This document shows positions 12,617-25,939 of a stretch of 64,000 nucleotides of DNA, piece after piece. The notes beneath the pieces are model-generated. The model worked only from the letters and a program-made list of their open reading frames with translations, ran no database searches and had not been told where the DNA came from. Position numbers and translations under genes: made by a program. The stretch spans positions 3,348,001-3,412,000 of the forward strand of contig JBLDXI010000032.1 in the NCBI GenBank assembly GCA_047495785.1, written 5' to 3'. Position 1 is the stretch's first letter. Every line of letters starts with the position of its first letter. This DNA is from Lepidodermella squamata (Eukaryota; Animalia; Gastrotricha).

Positions 12617-15600
12617 CTATTTCCGACGCGTTGGTTTCCGAAGGTTGTCAGACAACCATCTTCGGAGATCAGAGACTTGCTTCTCAAAGTGTTCCGTGAT
12701 TGCTTTTTCAGTCGAGTCAATATTGAGCAGGGCCTCTTCCTTCTCATTTGCCACCGCCTCGTCGAGTAGCACTGCATCGGCGGCTTCGCGTTCAACCTCA
12801 TCGAGACTTGCGTGAATCTCAGGGCTGTAAAATTGAGCTGAAAGATGAAAGATGAATAATTTGAATAATTATATGAAGAGATTTACCAAAATCTGAATGT
12901 TCCGGGGTGCGATGAAGCGACTTCCGGTTTAGCTCCCATAAAAAGATGAGGCACCTAAAGAAAATTTCGACCAGGTTGAGCGGGGGTGGTAGGACACATT
13001 TGTAGTAGAATGTTCGAACAGCGGTCATGTATTGGAAGTCAGACAGCTTTTTGGCATCGCTCGACGTATCGTCCACTTTTTTGGACAAACTGTGAGTGTG
13101 CCACGAGGCAAAAATTGTCGCATAACTATGTTGTAAACAACGCATTTTTTCATCCTTACGTGGCGATGAGTACATTCATCCAAGCAACGTTGGTCATAAA
13201 GATGAACACGACGTAGAGAAACACAGCCACGAAGTTGAATTGACTTTCGCAGTTCCCATTGTCGTCGTAGCGGTACAGCAGTGAGGGTAAAGTCCTATCT
13301 GAGGAGTCAGCAGAACCAGGCGAGGGGCACGAACCTTCAACAGCGGCTCGAGACTCGTCCATGTTGAACTGGACTAAATTCCACCACCGGTTGTAGACCA
13401 CTCGGCCCAAGAGTTTGAAGAAGCCGTATGGATCGCTGTCATATTTGCTTTCATGGTAAAGAGACGGAGCCATTAGAGCGTAAATTGGAACAGAAAATGT
13501 GAATAATAGGAATGCGTAGATTAGGACGAAGTAAAACAAAGTTGGCAACTAGGGAAATAATTAAATTGAGAAAATTTTCAAATAAATAGGAAATACAGAC
13601 CAATTCTGATAGATAAATCGTTATCACTCCGATTTCTTTTGATACGTAGAACATTCTGAAGGCTCGAAGCCAGAACATGACGCAAGATAAAGCGTAGAAA
13701 GTTCTCGGTATAACATAGTCAGCCGGGTTCATCGTCAGCCTAAAATAAATTCTCAAATGGAAAAAACAGCTGGAAATGAATTAATCCACCTTAAAACTAT
13801 AGCTGTTATCAGGAGAATGGCAGATAGGATCGGGATGTAGGTGTTGTAAAAATCTACTTTTGTCCATTCTAGAATATTGAAGCGATAGGCAGCGGCGGTT
13901 CGACAGCAAATTATCGCTCGCTTCCTTTTAGGAATATATAAGCACCTATTCGCTATTCCAACAGCTTCGGCGTAGGTCTAATTAACTCAAAAATAATCAA
14001 TCGAAAACAGGAATTGGGCCTTACTTCATGAGCCATATCGAATAGAAGAGCTGCAGCCCAGATTAGGACTGAACCTTCTAGGTAAGAGACGCGATATGAC
14101 TCCAAATAGCCGGTTAGTATGAAAGAAGTGAATAGAAATAGAAAGGCGACATGGAAGATCTATAGATTAGGATTCAAGACATTTGAAAATCCTCCTTAAA
14201 GGTATAGAAAATACGCACCTTGTGCCAGAAAAATCGCACGATGCTCGAACGGTAAAGCTCGTAAATGGCCTCCCACATAGAAATTCGATCGCTACTTCCA
14301 TGGTCCTTGCTCCAGGTTGGGGCCAGGCAGAAAAACGACGGTTTCAGCTCTAAAACTCTACGTTCGGAGCATGAAAGCGTAATACTAGCACTACGCTTCA
14401 ACGGCGAGACTTTGGCTTTCGGACCCTGATCTTGTAGCTTCATTTTCCCACTAAAGTCGTAACTGACAAATCTTAAATTGAAGATACCAATCACAGGAAA
14501 TAATGCCGCTAAACAGATCCAAAATGGCTTAGTATGGCCTAGAATTCGACCTCGCCAAATGTGATGAAGCTTCGTGTTAATAACCGTATGTTCAACAAAA
14601 GAACTTCTCTTGCCGAAATAGGCGATATCAAGCACAGATCGGTCTTGCCAAGTTCTCAAATACCGAGTGATGATCCAGGTCACGCGATCCCGGCCGATCT
14701 CGTCACATTTCGACAACACAGCTTTCGCTCGATTCTGCCATTCCTTTGATCTAGCCTTGTACCTCGCAGCTAGAACTGCTTCGTTCTTTCGTTTCGCGAA
14801 TGAGCACATTTCGCCTAGAAGAATGGAAGCCACCAGGGCTGTTCCGATTAAATCTTGCCCATTTCGCCAGAAATATAAGGCAAGCTCATTGCGGTTCATG
14901 ACGAGAGCGAGGAGAAAAGCGTCTCGGTACCTAGGTCGGCTATTCTCCTCATTGTCGAAGAGATTGAACAGGAAACAACCGATTTTTCGAGCGAAGACCT
15001 TCCCAGTTTTACGAAATGCATCCCCGCCGGGTCTTAAATCATCCCAGTGAATTAAATCCCGCATAAGTCTATACTCTCTCTGACTAGCGTCTTCCTTTTC
15101 CGGTGAAAATAGGACATATTCGTAGATTTTCGGCATATTTTCCGGTGATAATAGATCAGCGGTTCGATAGACCTTGTAGCTATCGAATAGGCGGATAAAA
15201 TCTTCCTGGCCATCGTCGATTGCGTCGAACATGATCCGAAGTAGCTTCGCGTTTAGTAAATTATTTTCTCGCATTTTCGGAATCTCCTCTTGATGAGCTT
15301 GCAGGATCCTAGCCGCCGATTCAACAAGATCCCACATTCGAGCTAAATGAAGCATAAATGGCACGTATTCTGGACCGTCGTACATTTTCTTCTCGAAAAC
15401 AGCGTTCAACAGGGCGTTATTGAGCTCCTGAGACGAAGCTGTTGACTGTGACTCAAAAGCTTTGACCACAGTTATCTAAGAAAAAATTCAAGTTTGAAAT
15501 TTAATGAGAAATGGAGAGCGTACCAAGTCGTTTTTCTGAGCCTCCCGAAGGCACAATAGAATATCCTGAGCCATCTCTCGTTTTCGCTGTTGTTCGGTCG

Positions 15601-16748
15601 TATCTTCGTTATCAGGCACAGCGATTCGCTTTAGATGAGGATTTTTCATAACGAGCTTTTTGATTTCGTCATCAGTCATTAAGCTGAAATAAAACGAATG
15701 AATCGGCTATTTTTTTTTTAATTTTTTCCGAACTCACTCTTCCTTTCCGACCAGTTCCCAAAGCTCAGCCAAGATATCACAGACACCACCAAATCCAGTC
15801 AAGATGACAACAGGATTTTTATCATAATTAGGATTGCCGTCCGTATTAAATTCCGAAACAGCCTCTCGAATAGTTTTCAAAGTTCCAGCTCCACCGCCGA
15901 TTGCTAACAAAACCCTAGGAAGCCGCTCCTTTGCAGGGTTAATAGTCTGAGGGATGATCCCACTCATCTCCCCAATCCTATTCTCCTCGGCATAGCGCTT
16001 CCTCGCAACGTAACTCAGCAATTTCGACCTAAAATTTATTTCGTTTCGATACGAATTTTCCGACCCGTTATCAACTAGAAGGAAGTAGTTGTGCCCGCTA
16101 TTTAATGCCGAATTAATTCTGCCAGCCTCAACTGTCATTGGGTATCGAACCGGCGGATTGCTGTCACTTTGAGGTTGAAAGATTTGCCTATGCGAAACTA
16201 TGCCGTAAGTCACGATTCCTAGACACGTGATTTCAACATTAGGGTCTATCCGCCTAGCTCGAGCCACTTCATCTCCAACTAATTGCATAACACCCTTATG
16301 GGTGCCTCCAGTTACAATCCAAGCATCGGCTTCCTTAGCTGCTAACACGATTCCTTTCCTCAAAGTCTCGAGAGACGTATGCTCGGCGTAAACTTCGAGA
16401 TTCGCGCTTCCTGTCACCTCGATGATGACGCTTGGTTTAGGCATGTTCCAGAACCGCTCGCCAAGCATAACGTCGTAGACACCGTGCAGGGTCAACTCGT
16501 CGTGCCGATCTGACAGATGGAGGAATTTCGCGTACTGGTCAGTTGCATCAGGATTTTCAGGATCGTCAAAGTGAATTTCCCCGGAATAAGCCATCCGTCT
16601 AGGTGGCCAGAGGCTAGGCTTAGTACTAATATAATCATTGACCCGTCCATTAACCTATTCAAGTTAAGGTCCATAAAAGTGACAGGGGATGATGCAAACT
16701 TACTTTGTCAGGCCCGGTAAGAGCAGACTCGTCAGGATCAGCAGTCAT
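12617..16748 (-). CDS. TRPM: TRPM-family cation channel, paralog 3 (multi-exon, short N-terminus, no enzyme domain)
   Basis: ATG at 16748 (MTADPDESALTGPDK) splices in frame to VNGRV...MAYSGEI. SLOG exon 15734-16594 (WIVTGGTHKGVMQLVG, LNSGHNYFLLVDNG), MHR3-4 at 14174-15469, pore YNRWWNLVQFNMD, LPPPLN. The last exon read from 12837 gives PEIHASLDEVEREAADAVL...RRK* (stop 12617-12619), which aligns with the tail of paralog 2. Confidence 0.92.
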
Positions 16749-17313
16749 TTTAAGCGATGAACCGATTATTAACTTTTTAGCCTGTACCTGCAGCGTTTGT
16801 AGCATTTTCCGCTTCAAAATCAATACTCGCATCTGTTGCTGCGTCTGACTTGAGGAAGAATGACAGTGTCACATTTCATGCATAAGATGAGTCATGCATT
16901 TTGAAAAATCGATCGAGTACGAAATAACCCATTATTTAATTTCATGTTTCCCTCCTTGGCCTCTTTTTATAGGATTCAAAGTGCTCTCATAGTGTTAAAT
17001 TTGAATTAGGATTAGCACCAATTAGCAGTGTATGTTTAGTTCATGGCGATTAGATATGCGCGAATAAATAATAACAACTATCGCCAAGATCGACGCGGGT
17101 CACCCGTGGAGACACCGCGATCGATGCCGGGTGCGCGTTGACAACTCCGATAAAAATCCATTTGTAAGGCGAATAAACAACAAAAAGCAGCACTGAGACC
17201 TCACACGCCTTACCCGTTTAATAAGAGTCCTTCATCAGAAACAAACAATTAGGAATAAAACCCTACTGATTCACACCCGCGCAGTCCACCTTAATTGCTT
17301 TCACGAGAAATAA

Positions 17314-20172
17314 ATGTCGAATAGAAATCGTAGCGAATCTCGAGCGAGTGTAGACTCGTATGGAAGCTCGTTCGAAAGCGACGATGGCGGTGATAGGAAG
17401 TCGCCAACTGCCTCGCCCCGCGTAACAGCTCGTTGCAAATCAGCAGCGCCTCGGAAATCTGAGCGGAATGACGGAAGTGCATCGCCAAACCGGCCGAAAT
17501 CAGCCATTTTTTACGCACCCTTAGGCCCCGAAAAGGAAACAGCAATTCGAAAGGCCTATCAATCACCGGTTAGCGGTGAAACCCGGCATGGCGAGCGAGT
17601 CATTGCTAGGTGCGACGAGGATGGTTACTTTTATCAGGGATTTATCGTCTCAAACCCGGATCCGGGTATTTACCTAGTCGAGTTCGAGGGAGCCCCGGTT
17701 AAGCGGCAACGCGTCAATAACGAGCATTTTATGCCGATGAGTGGGGCTGTCGCTCGGCCGACGATACGCGTGAATGATTTCGTCCTTGTTCAAACTCGAA
17801 ATTACGCAACAGGTCAGTTGAAATTTTAGGAAATTATTGCTTCTCATTATCAGGTGCATATTTGAATGTCTAGAAATTTCAAAAAGAATAATAGGTCAGT
17901 TTTACGTTTCTTTTTGCAGTGTTTGAATTTTAACTCAACTGAGTGATGATGGCTGATTTTTGTTTGATTGAACACCTTGAATTATTTGAACATTTCTCCA
18001 CATTTTTCAATATTTTTCACTTAATTTCAGGCCTTTATTGTTACGTGCCTGGTATGGTCGTTGCGTGCCCGCCATATGAGCCGAATCAGCCGAAATTTTA
18101 CGGCGTTTTACTGTACAACAGACGGTCCCTAATGGCATTTCGCAATCAAATAATCCGAATTAGCGAAACAAGGTACAAAGCTACGGTTATGTATATCGAC
18201 GATCAGGCTCGAGCTAATGGCGTGAAAATGATCACTAAACCAACAAAACTGCGGCCATTCAGTGCTACGCCGGGTTGTCTCACGAAAAATCAGGCTGGTC
18301 GAAGTCCAGCGGCTGCTGCTCAGTTGGATAAGAAAATTGAGAAGATGGTTTCCGAATCGCCTTTTAACTACACGCCATCGTTTTCGGAGAAGGCTAGCAA
18401 GAATAAGAAAAAGCAATTATGGCAATACCAGAGTTCGACCGAGAATGGCAATAACAATTTGCTCAGCGAAATTTTGGCTGATGGGAAAAAGCCTGAGGTA
18501 AGGGCAGAGAGTCCGCGAATTCAGAGCAGGGCTTCATTTAAGCCGCAAACAAACACGGCCGAACGAATTTCGCATCCTTACATGGAGCCTCAACCTGGGC
18601 CGCCAAGTCCGAATCCATCGAGCCGCCAGTCGAAGTTTCAACCAGGGATGACATTCGGAGAATTCAAGCTACTACAACGCAGGACTCAGAGTGCTGGCAC
18701 AAGGCGAAGCAAATCACCAGGTAAGACAAGATTTAGAAATAATCGCAATTTTTAAGATGGATTTTTTAAATTTAGTTCCGACTTCGCCCACTTCAAGCCG
18801 CAAATTCTCCGCTCCTCACGCTGATAGATTGAGAATTTCTTTCGCTGGCATTCAAACTATTAAACCAGCCGAGAGTCCAACCTTCTCTTCGGTGGCACTT
18901 CGCGAGCTCAAAAATGGCAACACTGCCCTGATTAAAGCCGGGTTGAAGTCCAACGGCCCGATCAAAGCTACAGAGCAGCTTGGAGAGACCCTACTTGAAA
19001 TGAAACATACCATCCTAGCTGTAATAGTCTACCTTAAAACCGGGTTCAAGTCGAAAATCGATAAAGCTGTGATTCAGCAAGATCCCGATGACCGTATTCA
19101 GTTATTAGAGTCTGTTCTACTATTCGACGATGGCGCCCATGCAAGTCGAACCCCTCTTCTTGCCCAGTCTCTAGTGGACTCGGGCGTTAAATACCTTGAC
19201 ATCATAGATGTCTACGTCGAGACAAAACACGAGTCGCCGTGCTTCGACTTCCTTACCTCATCTCTGAAGGGCGATGTTGTTTCTCAGGGTCCAATTCAAA
19301 CTCGCTTGTTCGAAATCGCCTTTTCGATAAGCAAGGACAAAGCTGAAAAGCTTTTCGCCTCGAAGCGGTTCACAAACTACGACCAGAACAGAATTTTCGA
19401 GCTATGCAAGAAGCATTGCTTATTCGAAAGAGCCGTGGAAAATTGTCATTCGCCTCGTGACGCTCGACTGATCTTGCGTGACCATGCTGCTGAGATGAAG
19501 CTGAATTGGTTCAAAACTTACTTCTCCGGCAAAATTTCGGAAGATTTCGAAGAAATCGTTCAAACGCTGCGTGAAATGATGCAAAATTCGGCGGGGCAAG
19601 CGACGCGTAATAAGAAGATAGTATTCTGGATTCTAGAAAATTTCTACTCGCAATGGAACACGGGCCGCATTCTTGCCGAACTTTTCGACCCAAATGCAGA
19701 TTCGGAATTTTTAAATGAACTGTTTCATCGCTTGGAAAATTCGAGAAAGGTGACGAAAACTGACATAGGCCTCAATACATTCTACGTCCAAGCCGCGTGT
19801 TTCGCCAATAAAATAAGTGAAGCGGAACAAGCTGTTAAGGACAAAACCTTAATTTACGATGGCAAGGCCGTTTGCGAGTTTTTGTGCCTGGCGAAACGGC
19901 CAACTCTGTACCGCATTTTGATGTTCGTGTGTGATCGATTTGGTCTAACCGATCAGTTGGTTCGGTTTCTGTACGACAATGACCAGCGCCATTTGGTTGA
20001 GGCCTACGTCGCGGTTTTAAATCCGGCTAAGCTCGGCGATGTGGTGAAATCGATGCAAAAAATGGCGAGTGAAAGGGGCGGCAAAGCCGCGGTATCGATC
20101 GAGTCTGATATCGAACGCTTGAAAGCTTTAGTATCCGTAGAGCAATACTCAACCTCTGCTAGATCAAAATAG
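17314..20172 (+). CDS. Predicted 861-aa fusion: Tudor-like/DUF4537-like domain, low-complexity linker, clathrin heavy chain-like helical fragment
   Basis: Exons 17314-17812, 18031-18720 and 18776-20172 join in frame (both phase-1 GT-AG introns). RVIARCDEDGYFYQG and CYVPGMVV...FYGVLLYN resemble DUF4537 (C11orf16/VWA3B). QTRLFE...FTNYDQNRIFELCKKHCLFERAVE and MFVCDRFGLTDQLVRFLYDN...YVAVLNPAKL match clathrin heavy chain repeat sequence. Confidence 0.75.
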
Positions 20173-20900
20173 AATGTATTATCCGAAATAAAATTTTCTG
20201 CGCATTATAATACCCTGTTCACTTGTAACTCTAACCTTCATTATGTGCACCTGACCTCATTAACGTGGGAAATTTATTGGTGATTATTTTTTTCATTATT
20301 GCAACCGAGCCTGAATTTTAGCTCCTGTCCATATTAATCGCGAAAACCTGACTACCTTCCAATGATTCAAGTTACCTTAAAGCCGCGAAATTCTTCAAAA
20401 AGTGTGGCAATTTGTTGCACACAGAATGATTTGTTTTCAGATTCTTCCAGGTTGAAGGCCGAGAATGAAATTGATTTAGATGTGGTCATTTCTGTGACCG
20501 CCAATTAAGGTCCCCAAAGTATGACACCTGATAAGAATTAAGTCAGTTCTGGTCGAGATAAGTTCTTTTTTATCGTTTTGCAAAATGAATCATTCATTAG
20601 CTATTTTGCATAACAAGTTCAACCTTCGAGCAATGAGCTTTGCAGCGATAACGCCAAGTGTAAATTTTAGGCTTGAATATCATCTGATTCATATTGAATC
20701 AATGCAAAATGGGTTATCTCGACCTTGAGTATTTAGCGGGAATTTTTTCACGCGATATGGCCATTCACAACAACACCCGCAAAACTCCCTTTTATCCGCC
20801 GACTGAAGATAACTACCTATTTTTGGAATCAGATAGCCGTTATCTTGCTATTTTTCAGTGGAATTAACTAACGTGAGAAATTGCCCATTAACTGAGACAA

Positions 20901-23276
20901 ATGCCATTACCAAGTTGTGCCTACTGTGGTTACAACAACCAAAATACGCTGATCTATTGCGAGCCGGTTAACCAGTGGTTTTGCAATGGCTTTGGCTTAA
21001 ATTCTGCAAGAAGTCATGTAATCGAACACCTGAAAAGAGCTTGTGGCAAAAGGCGTTGTCACGTCAACAGCTGCCGGCGACACATGTTCGCCGACACGGA
21101 AATCGCGTGTGAAAAATGTGGCTCCGGAAATGTTTTCGACTTGTTGATGCTCCCTGGAAGTGTTATTTCATTCCGCTGTCGAGCCACGGAATGCAGCGGT
21201 GACGGCAGGGACAAAAATTGGCGGGCGATTGTTGACAGCGAAGGCCGATTCATCGACGCCTTAGCAAAACCAACGCCATTCAAAACCAACGTTTCGAATG
21301 CTCACATCGACTCTGTCGAGCGGCAAATATCGCCGGAAGCTGCGATTGACGATGAAGTCAGGGCGTTGGAGAATGCGACGCAGCTGCCGCCGGCTAATAA
21401 GGTGGCTCATGAAGATGCCGGAGAGTATGTTGAACTCATCAAGAAGCAGATAGCACTTGATAGGAAAGCAAACGAGGCCGAGATGAGAAAACGCGGCCGA
21501 GAGTTGGGCGTCACAATCAAATGGCGCCGGTTGATAACCATGGTCGAAGCAAGTTTTACAGTCGCGAAAATGGCGAAAAGCCATGCGATAGTAGTCGATA
21601 ACAACCTAGGAATAGAGCTAGGCAAACCGCAGTGGTTCGCCGTGGGCAGGGTGACTAAAGTTGAAAAGAAGATGCGCGTCACAGTCATGCTGCCATTCGA
21701 CGACCAAGTTCCGATGCACGTCACGAAAGGCTTCAATATTTTCTGGTCGAATAACGATGTAACTTACAAGCGCATGCTTGCTTCATTGGAAGGATTCAGC
21801 GATATGCAAATCGTGTTGCAAAAAGCTATTCTAGGCCAGAAAGTTGACCTGTAAGTAATTGCTTCAAGGTTTCCGAACTTCCTATAATGAGGTCAATTTT
21901 ACAGGGAATTTTACGAAAAGCCTAAGCTGAAAGCTGCTCCAGGTTTGCCGCCGCTGAATGACTCGCAAAATGAAGCTGTTTCAATGGCGCTTCAGAGAGC
22001 TATGACTGTTATTGAAGCTCCGCCTGGCACCGGGAAGACAACAGTTAGCGCCGCTATTGCCTACAACTACCGCCAGCTTTACGGCCTGAAACACATTCTG
22101 CTATGCGCCCCTTCGAACATGGCCGTCGACAAAATGTGTTCGATGCTGTTGAAAGCGGGTGGGAAAGACGTGATCCGTCTCTACGCGAAAATACGGGAAG
22201 AGGACCAGAACTATCGCGCCGAGGATCCTGCCGTTGATCGCGTCGCTCTACACCGACTTATCCCCTATAAAAGAGGCAAGCCAGTTTTTCAAAAGCATGT
22301 TGAGGCGCTCAATAAAGCGAAATTCATTTGCTGCACCTGCGTCACGGCTGGCAGTTCAAGACTCCGCGACATGGCTTTCGACGCCGTCATCATGGACGAA
22401 TGCAGCCAGGCGAATGAGGCTGAAAGTTTGATCCCTCTAACTTCGGCTCAACTGCACGTTGTCCTAATCGGGGACCGCAACCAGTTGGGGCCTGTCATCA
22501 AGAGTAAGAAGCTACAGAAGTACGGCAGCAGGTCGTTGTTCGAGCGGATGGGCAGTGTCCATGGCAGCGTTTCATTGAAAATGCAGTACCGCATGCACCC
22601 CGACATAAGCGCCTTCCCCCTCAAAGAATTCTACAAAAATACTGTCGTAGATGGTGTTAGCATCGCCGAGCGTACCTGGAAGTGGCGAGTAGGATGGGAT
22701 CCTACCATTGTTTTACCGTTCGAGGGCGCAGCTTCTGTTTTCATTTCAATCCACGACGACGGGTATACCTACGAAGAAATAGCCGGCACAGCCACTTCCT
22801 ACTTGAACATGCGCGAATGCGAGGAGATTCAGCATTTGATCGAGAGGCTGCTCGATCTAGGAGTGAAACCCAGCGAAATCGGGATTATAACCATGTACGA
22901 AGGGCAGCGTGAACTTCTGGACGACTACTTGAATGAAGAGTGGTGGGATGAAGAAACGGCGCCGGAAGATATCGAATTCTACCGGAAGTTCAGTCAGGTA
23001 GAAGTTCGAACAGTTGATGGCTATCAAGGCCGCGAAAAGGAGTTCATCATTCTGTCTACTGTAAGATCAAACGTCAAAGGGAAAGTCGGCTTCCTGACCG
23101 ATCCCCGCCGAATTAACGTCGCGCTGACTAGGGCGAAATTCGGCTTGTTTATCCTCGGAGATCATGTCACGTTGGCAAAGTCTCAGCATTGGCAAAACCT
23201 GATTGAACATCATCGCAACGCTGGAACTTTCATGAATGGCCTGCCTGAGCTGGAGTATTCAGACGACGATGATTAG
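20901..23276 (+). CDS. UPF1: UPF1-like SF1B RNA helicase, divergent trimmed paralog (two exons, intron 21851-21904)
   Basis: UPF1 CH domain (CAYCG...QWFCNG...SHVIEHL...CEKCGSGNVF), LNDSQ Q-motif, APPGTGKT, CAPSN, DECSQ, GDRNQLGP, QYRMHP, VDGYQGREK, RRINVALTRAK. Confidence 0.88.
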
Positions 23277-23613
23277 GGCGAATGAAAAACTGAAACCGGT
23301 GGTCAGAAACTGACCTTAATAGCTTGCTGATCCTGCCACGTTTTTTTTGCCTGTGATTTTTTCTGTAAATTTACGCACTTTGACCCTAATAATAATAAGA
23401 ATATTTATAGCCCGTGTTGTCCTTTTATTACTGTTGAATTTGAGTCATATCACCACAAAACATCAGTAGCTCTATAATATGCGCAACAAAAGGCTCAATT
23501 CTCTACAATGAATTGAAGAGTGGCGCAAACAAAAGGTGCTATACTGTTGTTGCAACAAATGAGACTCGCATTTCCCTGCATTTTAAAGGCTTTCGCTTAG
23601 TTTGAAAAAGGTT

Positions 23614-25418
23614 ATGTCTAGCTACGAAAAACTTGCGCGTTCCCTCCGTAAAGCCATCAAGCTTCTCAAGCATACAGTTGCCGAATCAGAGACTATCACA
23701 ATCGAAAAAGAGGACAACAGATATTTCCTGGCGTCGAAAAATGACCAGCGATCGATTAGAATTTTGAATCTGGATGGAGCGATCAGCTGCCGATCAATTG
23801 AACCAATCGGACTGCTTGAGGTTTTTGTAATCAATTCCGACCAGCCCAAGCTAGATCTTCAATGCCATCATGTCTCTTTCCCGACTTCAGAGGCGCTTCG
23901 GAAGATAACTGATGAGGTTAAAGCCCAATTTGCAAATTTTGCGATTCATCGCAATATGCCGAAAAAACTGCTCATCTACCTCAATCCTCTGAGTGGCGAA
24001 AATTTCAAATCGCTATCTGTGTTTCGAAAAATTGCTAATCCTATATTCAAGCTTGCTTCGATTGAGATGGAAGTTATACGTAAGGCTAACAAAAATTCTG
24101 AAGTATTTTCTATTATTTAATCTTAGTGTTAACTACCTCTTCAAACCCTTTCAATTTCAAAGCTGACCAGTTGGAGGACGAATGGCAGCTGCCGAAAGGA
24201 TCAGTTGAAATATTAAAATCGCATCCTCAGGAAAAATCACCCACCAAGAATTTTCGGGATTTCGACGGAATAATTTCAATAAGTGGCGATGGAACTTTGT
24301 CGGAAATAGTTATCGCCGTGCTCAGGGATCTACATGGCCGTGACACTATAATCAAGCCTTCAACTGAATTTCCCAAGGTAACAAAGCCTATTTTCGGCCA
24401 AATCCCGGCTGGTTCGACAGATTCGATAGCTTTGACTATGCATGGAGATAACCATCCGCTAACTGCTGTACTGAACATTATCTACGGCGAGAATCGAGGC
24501 TTGGATGTCATTGCCCTGTTCGACTACCCTTACGCCTTTGATTCTGACGAAGCTACCCCAGCGGTTTTAGAAGAGCGATGTAAATTCGAGACCTTCTCCA
24601 TGTCTCTAGTCGGGGCTGGGTTCCAGCCCGAGGCTATTGATTTCAGCAAAAGAATTAGGCCTTGGTTTCGAAGTTTCCGCTTTGTCGCAGCAGCTGCTAA
24701 AGTTCTGATCGTGAACAAGGTGTCCCATTTATCGATTCACTACAAAGCATCGAAAATCCAACCCAAAGCAAACCATGATGTTTGCCTATTCCAGTAAGTT
24801 CAATTTTTCATGGTATATCACTCATTAATTTATTGAATCCTAGATGTGATCGTTGTTTGAGCTTTAAGAACCGAGAAAAGCTGAATATGACGTCAGAAAC
24901 ACAACCTGAATGGTCCAGCATAGGTTTCACAAATTTGATGAGTGTGGCCGTAGCTCCTAATGCAGCTTTATCACGATTCATTAAGGAGGGCGTATCACCT
25001 CATTGCCATTTTGGCGATGGAACCGTTGATTTGGTCATCAATCGGCATGCTCCAACTGCTCTGCACTACGAATCTTTGAGAAGTAAAGTCGATCGAATGT
25101 CTGATGACATGGTTCGATATTAGTTAAACTATTCATGATTAAAATAAATTTTTCAATATTTTTATAGTACGATTTGTTTAACCGAGGATTGCAAATCGTG
25201 AGATGCCACGAATTCTTCATTGAACCCGTTCTGGAACACAAGGATAGACCACTGAAATCGGCGGCTGATGGCGAGTTGTTCTTCTGCCATGGCCTTTATG
25301 GAGTGTAAGCCGAAAATTATTTGAAATATTTTTCCCAAGTTTGTGCTTAATTTTTGTTCACAGAACTCATTGCCAGCTTATTCAAGTTTTCGGGCGTGGA
25401 AGACCGCCTAAAAAGTAA
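23614..25418 (+). CDS. CERK: Ceramide kinase-like lipid kinase, copy 1 (multi-exon)
   Basis: PH-like N-terminus, YLNPLSG, SGDGTLSE, IPAGSTD, a CxxxCxxC motif across a splice (CLFQCDRC), HFGDGTVDLV, and C-terminal HCQLIQVFGRG. Confidence 0.85.
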
Positions 25419-25939
25419 CACGAACCTATGCGATGAATTCAACTATTCTCTTGCTATATAACAGAATAAAGCTATAAATTAAAGTCGGTCTTACTATGCG
25501 GTTTTATGTCGCATTGCAGGATTTTCAGAGTGTGAACAGCTGTTTAAATGAGGTAGCTTTCGATATGAAATGCACTATATAGTCCTTAAGATAAATTTTC
25601 CGATAAAACACTCGCGTGATAGCCTTTAAAAATCTCATTGGTAGTTCTTTTATATTTTGCTATATTTTTAGTAGTATGAGACACAAAATTCGGGTATGTT
25701 TACGGGTGAAAAAACAATTTTTGAAAACTACAGCGCTAAAAAACACTGGTAGTAGCTGCCGTAATAGGGATAGCTACGAAAACACGGCGCTAAAGTAATT
25801 TTACTAACAGCACCGCGCTATTAAGGTGCAGGGTAAACTTATTACCTGCATTGTTTTCCTGTGTACTGCTGCTCTAGGTAAACGTTTACGACGAAGCAGC
25901 AGCGTATTAGAAAAAACCCAATTCCTTTGACATCTTAAT

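Noticed and set aside
12613-12801. ORF-track 62-aa ORF as the last exon of TRPM paralog 3
   Set aside because: Another frame (stop at 12617) aligns with the paralog 2 tail and has an in-phase acceptor.
18691-20172. Calling this a bona fide clathrin heavy chain gene
   Set aside because: Only a divergent internal fragment is present; there is no propeller or trimerisation domain, and a stop plus AATAAA follow.
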